Source of the DNA: Anabaena sp. CRKS33
Lineage (GTDB): Bacteria > Cyanobacteriota > Cyanobacteriia > Cyanobacteriales > Nostocaceae
Direction of reading: 5' to 3'
Assembly (NCBI GenBank): GCA_001672075.1
Contig: LJOT01000001.1
Coordinates: forward strand, 1-55,883
Length of the DNA stretch: 55,883 nt
Made by a program: the position numbers and the translations under genes. Within the stretch, counting starts at the first letter, position 1. The number at the start of each line of letters is the position of its first letter. This document shows positions 8,897-17,876 of the stretch, piece after piece. The notes under the pieces were generated by a model that had not been told where the DNA came from, made no database searches, and worked only from the letters and a program-made list of their open reading frames with translations.

Positions 8897-11002
8897 ATGC
8901 GTGCAACTGCTACTATTTCTCAAAATCCTTTACTTCAAAGCTTTGGTTTACCTGCATTTGCGGATATTAAACCAGAGCAAGTCGAACCAGCTTTTAATTA
9001 TTTATTAGCAGAACTTGAAAAGCAGTTAACCATCCTAGAGGCAAATATACAGCCTACTTGGACTGGTTTAATAGAACCTTTAGAAAAATTGACAGAAAGA
9101 CTAAGTTGGAGTTGGGGAATACTCAATCATTTAATGGGTGTTAAAAATAGTCCAGAACTACGTATTGCTTATGAAAAGGTACAGCCACAAGTAGTTCAGT
9201 TTATGAATATCTTAGGTCAAAGTAAACCTATCTATAATGCTTTTAAAGCAATTCGTAATAGTCATACCTGGGAAAATTTAGATTCAGCCCAACAGAGAAT
9301 TATTAAAGCGGCTATTCGGGATGCAGAATTGTCTGGTGTGGGCTTAGAGGGAGAACCCAGGGAGCGTTTTAATGCTATTCAGATGGAATTAGCCGAACTA
9401 GGCACTAGATTTGCTAATCATATCCTAGATGCCACTAAAGGCTTTATTTTAATCCTCACCACCTTAGATGACATTGACGGCTTACCAAGCAGCTTATTAA
9501 GCCTTGCAGCCCAAGCTGCTCGTGCTGCTGGAGAGGAAAATGCCACACCAGAACATGGTCCTTGGCATATTACTTTAGATTTTCCCAGTTATTTCCCCTT
9601 TATGCAGCATAGTACCAGACGGGATTTGCGGGAAAAAGTCTATAAGGCTTATATTACCCGAGCATCTTCTGGAGAATTAGATAATAACCCCTTAATTACC
9701 CGCATTTTAGAGTTAAGAAAGGAATTAGCCCAGTTAATTGGCTTTGAAACTTTTGCTGAACTCAGTTTGGCTAGTAAAATGGCTCAGGATGTTTCCTCTG
9801 TAGAAAAACTTTTAGAAGAACTCCGTCAAGCTAGTTATAATGCTGCTGTTAAAGATTTAGATAAACTTAAAGCTTTTGCAAAGAATAAAAAAGCAGCCGA
9901 AGCAGAAAATTTGCAACACTGGGATATTAGTTTTTGGGCTGAACGTCAACAGGAAGAACAATTTGCTTTTACAGCTGAAGAGTTACGCCCCTATTTTCCC
10001 CTCCCTCAAGTCCTAGATGGTTTATTTGGGCTGGTAAAAAGGCTTTTTGGTGTCACGGTAACTCCTGCTGACGGCCAAGCACCAGTATGGCATGAGGATG
10101 TCCGTTATTTCCAAATTGCTGATAAATATGGTGAAACCATTGCCTATTTTTACCTAGATGCTTACAGCCGTCCCGCTGAAAAACGTGGTGGTGCTTGGAT
10201 GGATGCTTGTATTCACCGCAAACAAATCAAAGAGAATGCTGTAACTACTATCCGTCTCCCTGTCGCTTATTTGATTTGTAACCAAACTCCCCCTGTGGAT
10301 GGTAATCCTAGTTTAATGGCTTTTGATGAAGTTGAGACATTATTCCATGAATTTGGACATGGTTTACATCATATGCTGACTAAGGTAAATTATCTGGGAG
10401 CAGCAGGTATTAATAATGTTGAATGGGATGCAGTGGAATTACCGAGCCAATTTATGGAAAACTGGTGTTATGACCGCCAGACATTATTGGGTATGGCTAA
10501 ACATTATCAGACAGGTGAACCATTACCAGAACATTATTACCAAAAGTTGTTGGCAGCACGTAATTACATGAGTGGTTCAGCTATGTTACGACAGATATAT
10601 TTTAGCAGTGTCGATTTGGAATTACATCACCGCTATTGTCCCAAGAATCAGGAAACTGTCACAGATGTGCAACACCGGATTGCTAAGTTGACAACTGTGT
10701 TACCACCATTACCAGAGGATGGGTTTTTGTGTGCTTTCGGTCATATTTTTGAAGGAGGTTATGCAGCGGGTTACTATAGCTATAAATGGGCTGAGGTGCT
10801 TAGTGCTGATGCTTTTGCTGCTTTTGAAGAAGCGGGCTTGGAAGATGAGGCCGCAATTCATGATATTGGTAGACGCTATCGAGATACAATTTTAGCATTA
10901 GGTGGTAGTCAGCATCCCATGGATGTATTTAAAACCTTCCGGGGACGAGAACCCAGTACCAAGGCTTTACTCAAACACAATGGGCTGCTAACTGACCCGT
11001 AA
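8897..11002 (+). CDS. prlC: Oligopeptidase A (peptidase family M3)
   Basis: 701 aa; KRGGAWM, FHEFGHGLH zinc motif, DAVELPSQFMENW, GYAAGYYSYKWAEVL. Confidence 0.93.
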   Translation: MRATATISQNPLLQSFGLPAFADIKPEQVEPAFNYLLAELEKQLTILEANIQPTWTGLIEPLEKLTERLSWSWGILNHLMGVKNSPELRIAYEKVQPQVVQFMNILGQSKPIYNAFKAIRNSHTWENLDSAQQRIIKAAIRDAELSGVGLEGEPRERFNAIQMELAELGTRFANHILDATKGFILILTTLDDIDGLPSSLLSLAAQAARAAGEENATPEHGPWHITLDFPSYFPFMQHSTRRDLREKVYKAYITRASSGELDNNPLITRILELRKELAQLIGFETFAELSLASKMAQDVSSVEKLLEELRQASYNAAVKDLDKLKAFAKNKKAAEAENLQHWDISFWAERQQEEQFAFTAEELRPYFPLPQVLDGLFGLVKRLFGVTVTPADGQAPVWHEDVRYFQIADKYGETIAYFYLDAYSRPAEKRGGAWMDACIHRKQIKENAVTTIRLPVAYLICNQTPPVDGNPSLMAFDEVETLFHEFGHGLHHMLTKVNYLGAAGINNVEWDAVELPSQFMENWCYDRQTLLGMAKHYQTGEPLPEHYYQKLLAARNYMSGSAMLRQIYFSSVDLELHHRYCPKNQETVTDVQHRIAKLTTVLPPLPEDGFLCAFGHIFEGGYAAGYYSYKWAEVLSADAFAAFEEAGLEDEAAIHDIGRRYRDTILALGGSQHPMDVFKTFRGREPSTKALLKHNGLLTDP

Positions 11003-11085
11003 ATTGGCAATTCAAGGTATAAGAGGACAAAACAATTCAAAATCCCAAAGAAAATCTGTTCCTCTTACCCCTGGCCTCAGTGAAT

Positions 11086-11322
11086 TTATATTACAGCTTC
11101 TTCACGTTGACAATCAAAGAAAAGTTCAAAATCAGCATCAAGAATTAATTGGCGTATGTGCTGAATATAACCTTCTGCATCCGAACGACTGCGGAATCTG
11201 GCAACAATTACTTTTTCCTCTTCGGTAACGACACGGGCTACAGCCCAGCCGTTCAGCCTTTTTCTGTAAGCTATGGCTTGATGTTCTGAAGTGGTGTTTT
11301 TGTAATCAGTATTTTGTGGCAT
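11086..11322 (-). CDS. Small cyanobacterial hypothetical protein
   Basis: WAVAR...IVARFRSRSDAEGY looks like a real conserved motif. Start is uncertain (11322 or 11388). Confidence 0.6.
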   Translation of the reverse strand: MPQNTDYKNTTSEHQAIAYRKRLNGWAVARVVTEEEKVIVARFRSRSDAEGYIQHIRQLILDADFELFFDCQREEAVI

Positions 11323-11572
11323 GATTATTTTATGCGTATGAACTTGAGTGAAGGGCGTTACTTTGTGTCTTAACCAAGAATGTACCATCGCTTTTTATTG
11401 ATGATGCCACCTTGGTATTACATATTTTCAAAATTGTCAATACGTGATGCAACAACTTATTTTTTAATAAAATTTACTTTTATTTGCTGCTAAGGAGTAA
11501 ATACTGAGTAAATCAGTATTTAAGCTTACATATAAATAATTGTAGTCGTATAAATTATCATATCATTTGTTG

Positions 11573-11641
11573 GTAGTCAGGGCTTTAGCCCTGATGAGTG
11601 TTACCATAGCGTATTGAAGATAGGAATAAAGTCCTAACTAC
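11573..11641. repeat. Inverted pair of GTAG-type REP palindromes
   Basis: GTAGTCAGGGCTTTAGCCCTG ... AGGAATAAAGTCCTAACTAC; outer flanks TAAGCTTACA (11521) and TGTAAGTCCTGA (~11665). Confidence 0.6.
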
Positions 11642-11761
11642 GATTTCATCTATTATGCCAGATGTGTAAGTCCTGAATTACTTGAGATTTTAGATTGTCA
11701 AATATTTACGAATGTTGCTATACTTTTTCCGTATAATCTGAGATAGTTTGGAAAAATAAAA

Positions 11762-12766
11762 ATGTCAATTACATCAATTATCAAAAAAGTAGCATTGGAA
11801 ATAGGGGCTATAGTTTTAGTTGAACCAGAATATGAATTAGTCGGACATATCACATTTAAAAATGGCAAAAAATCAGTTTTTAGTCATAGCAAATTAGATA
11901 TTAATGGTTTTGGGGCAGCTGAGTTAGTTAAAGATAAAGCGTATAGTAATTTTTTTCTCAAGCAGTTTGGATATAAAGTTACAGAGGGAAAACCTTTTTT
12001 TAATGATAAGTTATGCGCTAAATTAGCAAATCTCAGAAATATTGATGATGGATTTAATTATGCAGAATCAATGGGATTTCCTGTAATTGTTAAACCTCTA
12101 AATCTTAGTCATGGAATATTAGTTACTAAGGTATATAATCAGGCAGAATATTATGATGTGGCTAATAAAATATTCAAAATTAAATCGGGATTGATTGTAG
12201 AAAAATTTTATAGTGGTAATGACTATAGAATTGTTGTTTTAGATAATGAAGTAATTGCTGCTTATCAAAGAATTCCTTTATTTGTGGTTGGTAATGGTAT
12301 ATCTAATGTTTTAGAGTTGCTACAACAAAAGCAGGAAAAATTTATTAGCCTCGGCAGAAAAAACTTGATTAAACTTGAACTTGATGATTTCCGTCTTGAT
12401 AGAAAATTAAAAACACAAAATCTTCATTGGGATAGCGTGATTCCTAATAATCAGACTATTTATCTTTTAGATAACGCTAATTTATCTAGTGGAGGTGAGG
12501 CTGTAGATTTTTCCGAAACTATTCATCCTGACTTTCAAAAACTAGCAATTAATATTACCAAAGATATAGGATTAAGATTAGCTGGAGTAGATATACTTAC
12601 CCATGATATCACTATGCCAATGACAGATTATACGCTAATTGAAGTAAATGGTTCTCCCGGTTTAGATCACTATGCTGCTAGTGGTAAAGTAGCAGCACAA
12701 AAAGTAGAAGAATTGTATTTAAAAATTCTCAAAGCATTAGAAAATGACATAGCAGTTCCCAGGTAA
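11762..12766 (+). CDS. Stand-alone ATP-grasp ligase related to the cyanophycin synthetase/GshF ATP-grasp domain
   Basis: KDKA, FPVIVKP, IVEKF, DYRIVV, ANLSSGG, AGVDI, IEVNGSPG; only 334 aa, with no Mur-ligase half. Confidence 0.85.
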   Translation: MSITSIIKKVALEIGAIVLVEPEYELVGHITFKNGKKSVFSHSKLDINGFGAAELVKDKAYSNFFLKQFGYKVTEGKPFFNDKLCAKLANLRNIDDGFNYAESMGFPVIVKPLNLSHGILVTKVYNQAEYYDVANKIFKIKSGLIVEKFYSGNDYRIVVLDNEVIAAYQRIPLFVVGNGISNVLELLQQKQEKFISLGRKNLIKLELDDFRLDRKLKTQNLHWDSVIPNNQTIYLLDNANLSSGGEAVDFSETIHPDFQKLAINITKDIGLRLAGVDILTHDITMPMTDYTLIEVNGSPGLDHYAASGKVAAQKVEELYLKILKALENDIAVPR

Positions 12767-12782
12767 ACAATACAATACTCTG

Positions 12783-12803
12783 TTTCCTGTTTCCTGTTTC
12801 CTG
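12783..12803 (+). repeat. STRR heptamer (TTTCCTG)3
   Basis: Seen directly between convergent genes. Confidence 0.75.
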
Positions 12804-12828
12804 CTATTCTATTGGTGGTAATTAAGAG

Positions 12829-13182
12829 TTACAAATTTTTCCCTAGTAGAGATTCCAATTCCCCAGACAAATAGTTCATATCTGCTACTCTAGCTACGAG
12901 TAAACTATCATGTCCGGCATCTTGTAAACGAGATTTCCAATAGTTAATACTCTCAGCATTATTCATCCAAAACTCAATTACCGTATCTACCACTTGATCT
13001 AAATTCCAACCCCATTTTACAGGAATTGGTTCTATAGATTCTAGGAACGCATCTAAAGTACAAGTGTGAGTTCCTAGATATTCTATCCCTTGATGTTGTG
13101 GTTTTACTAAACTCTGTTGTTGGTGATTAAAAAAATGCCAAACAGGAGATACCCCTATCAAGTTGAAACTGTATTTAATCAT
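12829..13182 (-). CDS. Conserved cyanobacterial hypothetical protein, probably heat-shock regulated
   Basis: 117-aa ORF with an RBS (CGGAGGA) before the ATG and a CIRCE-like box upstream. Confidence 0.8.
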   Translation of the reverse strand: MIKYSFNLIGVSPVWHFFNHQQQSLVKPQHQGIEYLGTHTCTLDAFLESIEPIPVKWGWNLDQVVDTVIEFWMNNAESINYWKSRLQDAGHDSLLVARVADMNYLSGELESLLGKNL

Positions 13183-13316
13183 TCTCGTCCTCCGAATTCA
13201 TTAATTGCCGATAAACCTCTATTTTTGGCAAAAACTATTGCGGAAAAGTCCGCTAACTTCATCTAGAAAAAGTAGAATTTATGCCAATTACATCAGTTTC
13301 AAGATTACCTCAGACA

Positions 13317-13343
13317 TTAGCACTCAAGCCCTTTGACTGCTAG
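13317..13343. promoter_or_regulatory. CIRCE (HrcA operator)-like inverted repeat
   Basis: TTAGCACTC-AAGCCCTTT-GACTGCTAG versus consensus TTAGCACTC-N9-GAGTGCTAA: left arm perfect, exact N9 spacer, 2 mismatches in the right arm. Confidence 0.75.
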
Positions 13344-13631
13344 GATTTATTTGGTTTTTAGATTGTATTGATAAATAATATATGGCATTAATTCCAGGAT
13401 GTAAATGATTTTTAGTATTTTTTCACCAAAAATCTATAAATCAGTATTTACCCCCCATTAATAGCTTTTATATGCTGTTCTTTTATACTAAATTCTGTAC
13501 TCCCAACTGGTTACACACAGCAAGTTACCTGTTGGTTGTCATAAAACCCCAATGAGGGGAACTAGATAAGCTGTTAGTAACAGTATTTCACTCAAGTGTG
13601 TACTGCTAAACCACTGCGGTTGAGTAACCAA

Positions 13632-13685
13632 ACCCGATAATTTTTGTCGGGTATGTTTGACGATGATTTTGTCTCGTGCTACTAT
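13632..13685 (+). promoter_or_regulatory. Operator palindrome plus sigma70-type promoter of the thrC-like gene
   Basis: ACCCGAT-AATTTTT-GTCGGGT (13632-13652), then TTGACG (13657)-N17-TACTAT (13680). Confidence 0.65.
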
Positions 13686-13723
13686 GATTTCAAAGTTGAC
13701 GGACATCCAGGGAAAGGTAAATT

Positions 13724-15028
13724 ATGACTCAGGCGATTACAAACCTCAACCAAGCAAACACTTCCATACTCAAGGCATTGAAGTGTAAAGAATGTGGCGC
13801 AGAATACGAGCTTAAAGCTACTCATGTATGTGAATTATGTTTTGGCCCGCTAGAAGTCAAATATGATTACAATGTTCTTAAAAGCTTAGTTAGTAGAGAA
13901 ACTATTGAAGCAGGTCCCAACTCAATTTGGCGTTACCGTCACTTTTTGCCCGTCGCTACAGATAATTATATAGATGTCGGTACAGGGATGACTCCCTTGG
14001 TGCGTTCTCACCGTCTTGCCCGTCGCCTGGGTCTAAATAAGCTTTATATTAAAAATGATGCCGTGAATATGCCCACCCTGAGTTTTAAGGATCGGGTGGT
14101 ATCCGTTGCCCTCAGTAGAGCGAGAGAATTAGGTTTTACAACTGTTTCTTGTGCTAGTACAGGTAACTTAGCAAATTCTACCGCAGCGATCGCCGCTCAT
14201 GCCGGTTTAGATTGTTGTGTATTTATTCCTTCTGACTTAGAAGCTGGTAAAATTATTGGTAGTTTGATTTATAGTCCTACCCTCATGGCTGTCAAAGGCA
14301 ACTATGATCAAGTTAATCGCCTTTGTTCAGAAGTTGCAAATACCCATGGTTGGGGTTTTGTGAATATTAACCTCCGTCCTTATTATTCTGAAGGTTCTAA
14401 AACCTTGGGCTTTGAAGTTGCAGAACAACTAGGTTGGGAATTACCAGATCATATAGTTGCACCCTTGGCTTCTGGTTCTCTATTTACTAAAATTTATAAA
14501 GGTTTCCAAGAATTTGTAGAAGTTGGTTTAGTAGAAAATAAAGCTGTCCGGTTCAGCGGTGCTCAAGCAGAAGGTTGTTCTCCCATTGCGACAGCCTTTA
14601 AAGAAGGCAAAGACTTTATTAAACCAGTTAAACCGAATACAATTGCTAAATCAATCGCTATTGGCAACCCCGCAGATGGGGTATATGCTGTAGAAATAGC
14701 TCAAAAAACCAACGGTAATATTGAATCAGTTAATGATGCGGAAATTATCGAAGGTATTAAATTATTAGCAGAAACCGAAGGTATATTTACAGAAACTGCA
14801 GGGGGTACAACCATTGCTGTTCTTAAAAAATTAGTCGAAGCTGGCAAAATCAATCCAGATGAAACCACAGTAGTTTATATCACTGGCAATGGTTTGAAAA
14901 CCCAGGAAGCAATTCAAGGCTACATTGGCGAACCTTTGACAATTGAGGCCAAACTAGACAGTTTTGAGCGGGCTTTAGAAAGATCCCGCACCCTTGACCG
15001 TTTAGAATGGCAACAAGTTTTAGTTTAG
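13724..15028 (+). CDS. thrC: Threonine synthase-like fold-type II PLP enzyme with N-terminal CxxC...CxxC; possibly a sulfur-carrier-dependent sulfhydrylase
   Basis: PTLSFKDR (PLP lysine), CASTGNLA, EGSKTLGFE, TGNGLK; directly followed by a MoaD/ThiS gene. Confidence 0.85.
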   Translation: MTQAITNLNQANTSILKALKCKECGAEYELKATHVCELCFGPLEVKYDYNVLKSLVSRETIEAGPNSIWRYRHFLPVATDNYIDVGTGMTPLVRSHRLARRLGLNKLYIKNDAVNMPTLSFKDRVVSVALSRARELGFTTVSCASTGNLANSTAAIAAHAGLDCCVFIPSDLEAGKIIGSLIYSPTLMAVKGNYDQVNRLCSEVANTHGWGFVNINLRPYYSEGSKTLGFEVAEQLGWELPDHIVAPLASGSLFTKIYKGFQEFVEVGLVENKAVRFSGAQAEGCSPIATAFKEGKDFIKPVKPNTIAKSIAIGNPADGVYAVEIAQKTNGNIESVNDAEIIEGIKLLAETEGIFTETAGGTTIAVLKKLVEAGKINPDETTVVYITGNGLKTQEAIQGYIGEPLTIEAKLDSFERALERSRTLDRLEWQQVLV

Positions 15029-15036
15029 AAGCTTTA

Positions 15037-15126
15037 GCGGTGAGAAACCGCAGTTATATAAATAAAGTCCACCTCCGTGGACTCAACAAAAATTCAGGTT
15101 TTTACCTGTCGCGGTTTATAACCGCC
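15037..15126 (-). repeat. Dispersed palindromic repeat (AGTCCAC-CTCC-GTGGACT family)
   Basis: Hairpins GCGGT-GAGAA-ACCGC, AGTCCACCTCCGTGGACT (15066-15083) and GCGGTT-TAT-AACCGC. Confidence 0.6.
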
Positions 15127-15162
15127 TATTTAACTCACTCACTCACAATTAACGTTTAAACA

Positions 15163-15438
15163 ATGGCCGTAAAAGTTTTAGTTCCCACCGCTTTGCAACA
15201 GTTTACAGAAAATCGCTCTGTATTAGAATGTAGTGCTATTAATATTTCTGAATTATTAGATTCCTTAGAGGAAAGCTGTCCTGGTATTAAAGCGCGTTTA
15301 TGTGATGATCAAGGCGAACTCAGAAGGTTCTTGAACTTCTATGTCAATAGCGAAGATATTCGCTTTTTAGAAGGTACAGAAACAACCCTTAAGGATGGTG
15401 ACGAGGTGAGTATTGTTCCTGCTGTTGCAGGTGGTTGA
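15163..15438 (+). CDS. MoaD/ThiS-family (CysO-like) ubiquitin-fold sulfur carrier
   Basis: 91 aa ending PAVAGG; [17 protein letters not shown] segment. Confidence 0.9.
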   Translation: MAVKVLVPTALQQFTENRSVLECSAINISELLDSLEESCPGIKARLCDDQGELRRFLNFYVNSEDIRFLEGTETTLKDGDEVSIVPAVAGG

Positions 15439-15486
15439 AGCATATATAAATGTTTAGAGTATAAAGTTTTAGTCATATCTCGTTAT

Positions 15487-15533
15487 CTCGTTCCCAGTCT
15501 CCGACTGGGAATGTAGTCCAGAGGCTCTGCCTC
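15487..15533. repeat. REP-like double hairpin
   Basis: TTCCCAGTC-TCC-GACTGGGAA (15491-15511) and GAGGC-TCT-GCCTC (15521-15533). Confidence 0.65.
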
Positions 15534-15612
15534 AACAGTAAATGAATAAAATTCCCAAATTCATGGCTCTGGTATGTCAAAATAAAAATAACTGACTACC
15601 CTAAAACGAGCA

Positions 15613-16062
15613 ATGGCAGAAGAAACCACACAAACTCCAGCAGAAAGCGAAAAAACCGCCGCCAAAGCTGCCAAAAAGGAAAAACCCCCAGCTTTGGAAG
15701 ATAAGCCTTTTGAAGAGTTTATGCAGCAACATTATCTCCCAGCCCTGCAAGAAGCAATTACAAAAGAAGGTGTGCCAGATGTAAAACTGACTTTTGCCAA
15801 GCAGAAGTATTCCATAATTGGTTTTACCTCAGCGGAAGAATGTTGGCAAGTTATCGGTTCCTGGCAAGGGGGACAACGCCAGTTTAATGTATATTTCCCC
15901 GAAGAGAATATTCAAGGTAAAAAGGGTTTTTCCTGTAATGAAGGTAAAAAACCGAGTACCCTAGAATCATTTTTAATTGACGAGCGGAAAATCACCCTAG
16001 ATTTATTGGTGTCTCGATTAGTATATCGTTTGAACGGTCAAAAATGGCTAGGTAGAAATTAG
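15613..16062 (+). CDS. ndhV: DUF2996 protein, NDH-1 subunit NdhV
   Basis: KKEKPPALEDKPF, ESFLIDERKITLDLLV and RLNGQKWLGRN signature segments. Confidence 0.8.
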   Translation: MAEETTQTPAESEKTAAKAAKKEKPPALEDKPFEEFMQQHYLPALQEAITKEGVPDVKLTFAKQKYSIIGFTSAEECWQVIGSWQGGQRQFNVYFPEENIQGKKGFSCNEGKKPSTLESFLIDERKITLDLLVSRLVYRLNGQKWLGRN

Positions 16063-16073
16063 TTAACGTAATC

Positions 16074-16139
16074 ATAAGTCACGACTTCAGAAATGGAGTC
16101 GTTACCTATTTTTAGATAATTTGATAGAAGAATTTTTTT
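16074..16139 (-). pseudogene. Degenerate copy of the 3' end of the TM2-domain gene (17291-17356)
   Basis: Ungapped manual alignment gives 55/66 identities. Confidence 0.7.
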
Positions 16140-16140
16140 A

Positions 16141-16430
16141 AAAGGATGCTTTGCACAATGCTGTTTTAACAGCAAAGTCTTGAGGTTGACGTGAAATTTG
16201 CAAGTGTTTTCTACCAAGACGGTTAATAGCTTTTTTACGATTATTAGAACCTTTATTTTTACGACTAACTTTTTTTTGTAAAGGAATTAGTCAATCCCTA
16301 ATTGTAAAAATGAAACTACCCTCTCTCACGATTAAGCTGCGCTTAATATCCCTTGGAGGGTGTTTAATTTTACCTGCCTTACATCCCCACACTGTAGAGG
16401 GATGGGGTATTACGGCGTTTTCTGATAAAA
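16141..16430 (-). mobile_element. tnpB: Internally deleted IS200/IS605 remnant: tnpB fragment plus end hairpin
   Basis: 16281->16141 translates LQKKVSRKNKGSNNRKKAINRLGRKHLQISRQPQDFAVKTALC, resembling TnpB. Hairpin CCCCA...TGGGG (16385-16407) precedes TTCTGATAAA. Confidence 0.75.
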
Positions 16431-16465
16431 TGCGATCGCCCTACCTTCCCCTAACCCCTCTATCT

Positions 16466-17233
16466 TCACATTTCATCTGGGTTAACCCCCAACTCCCGCA
16501 ACCGTTCCGCCAAACGTGCGGCTTTTTGCTGTTCCTGTTCTAACTGAGATGCTAGTTGCTGTGTTTCATTAGATAACTGTACACACTTCTCTCCACTATG
16601 TAACAATAAATTCCCCTGAATATCCCACCAACGCAACCAAGGCGCTTCCATATTTTGATATTGTCCTTGCCAAATTCCCAACTCTACACCTAATGGTAAA
16701 ATGGGATAATGACCTCTTTCATTAGCTGGTAGTAGCTGATAAGAACCATTAACTAAATGATGAACTTCAATACTGGCTTTTTGGACTTCATAAATTCCAT
16801 AAAACGGTACTCTTATCGCTTGTTCATATACCCAAAATTTACCAGTTATCGGTGTTTTATCTCGTTCTTCTGAACCATCCCCAGAAACAAATTCTAAAAC
16901 TATTAAAGGTGCTACATATTCCTGCCATAATACATAAGAACGGCGAAATTTACCATTTAACATCGGTGGTACATTGGCTACATAAAACCAATCTGGTGAT
17001 TCTGCACCTTTTTCTGGAGGTTCAGCTAAACGCCAATAAATACCGGAATCCTGACCAATGGTATACTGTCCATCAGGATGTATCTTTTGCAATACGCTGT
17101 TAATAGAGTCAGTTAGTAAAATGCTTTGTGGATGTTCTTGAAAATTTTTCACGAAATTCCCATTTGATTCTGGTAATTCGGTATGATCAGGAAGATGAAT
17201 AATGCCTAGTTCAACAGATTTTATAGTAGTCAT
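16466..17233 (-). CDS. Uma2 (DUF820) family putative endonuclease
   Basis: PDWFYV, LEFVS, KFWVYEQAIRVPFYGIY and the typical tail LAERLRELGVNPD. Confidence 0.92.
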   Translation of the reverse strand: MTTIKSVELGIIHLPDHTELPESNGNFVKNFQEHPQSILLTDSINSVLQKIHPDGQYTIGQDSGIYWRLAEPPEKGAESPDWFYVANVPPMLNGKFRRSYVLWQEYVAPLIVLEFVSGDGSEERDKTPITGKFWVYEQAIRVPFYGIYEVQKASIEVHHLVNGSYQLLPANERGHYPILPLGVELGIWQGQYQNMEAPWLRWWDIQGNLLLHSGEKCVQLSNETQQLASQLEQEQQKAARLAERLRELGVNPDEM

Positions 17234-17272
17234 AGAACTTAGGTAATTGATTAAAGATGCTATTGTTGATTA

Positions 17273-17767
17273 TTACAATTCATCAAAGTAATAAGTCACG
17301 ACTCCAGAAATGGGGTTGTTGCCTATTCTTACATGATTTGATTGTAGCATTTCTTTGAGCATGGTTTCTACTTCTATAAAACTAGCTCCTGTGGCCTTAA
17401 CACCTTGAGTGACTGTTAAACTACCACCATTATCCTCTGCTGCTTCTATGAGTTTGACAATGAGTGGTTTACCATTTGGTTGGTGAACTTGTGATATAAA
17501 TATCCGCTCGTTCATGGGTATACCCGCAGATGATACACCTGCTTTTAATCGCAATTTTTGCTCATATTCGTCAACCATATTCGGTATGATCAACAAATCA
17601 ACAACTTGTCCAATATAAAATAAACCACCAGTACATAGCCATAGTAAACCAGTACCGATTTTGCCATTATATAAGCGATGTAAGCCTCCTATACCAAGAA
17701 AACCTGCTCCACACAGAAGATAAGAAACAAGAAGACGATCTTGATTTTGATTGTTTTTTATAGTCAT
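17273..17767 (-). CDS. TM2/NINE-domain membrane protein
   Basis: GLHRLYNGKIGTGLLWLCTGGLFYIGQVVD. Confidence 0.88.
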   Translation of the reverse strand: MTIKNNQNQDRLLVSYLLCGAGFLGIGGLHRLYNGKIGTGLLWLCTGGLFYIGQVVDLLIIPNMVDEYEQKLRLKAGVSSAGIPMNERIFISQVHQPNGKPLIVKLIEAAEDNGGSLTVTQGVKATGASFIEVETMLKEMLQSNHVRIGNNPISGVVTYYFDEL

Positions 17768-17876
17768 TTTATTTTCTGTCCATTAGGATTTACTGGTTTA
17801 ATCATCTACGCTTTGATTAACTACCCCTCGTCAGTCCTCAATTCCCCAATTAACGATTCTATTTTTAATTTTAACC

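Noticed and set aside
8710-8970. 86-aa ORF overlapping the prlC start
   Set aside because: No recognisable motif, and it overlaps a well-supported gene out of frame.
11402-11453. TGATGC(C/A)AC pair and TTGACA upstream of the small hypothetical gene
   Set aside because: No properly spaced -10 box; too short to call.
16310-16543. 77-aa ORF
   Set aside because: It runs through IS end sequence and antisense to Uma2; no coding signature.
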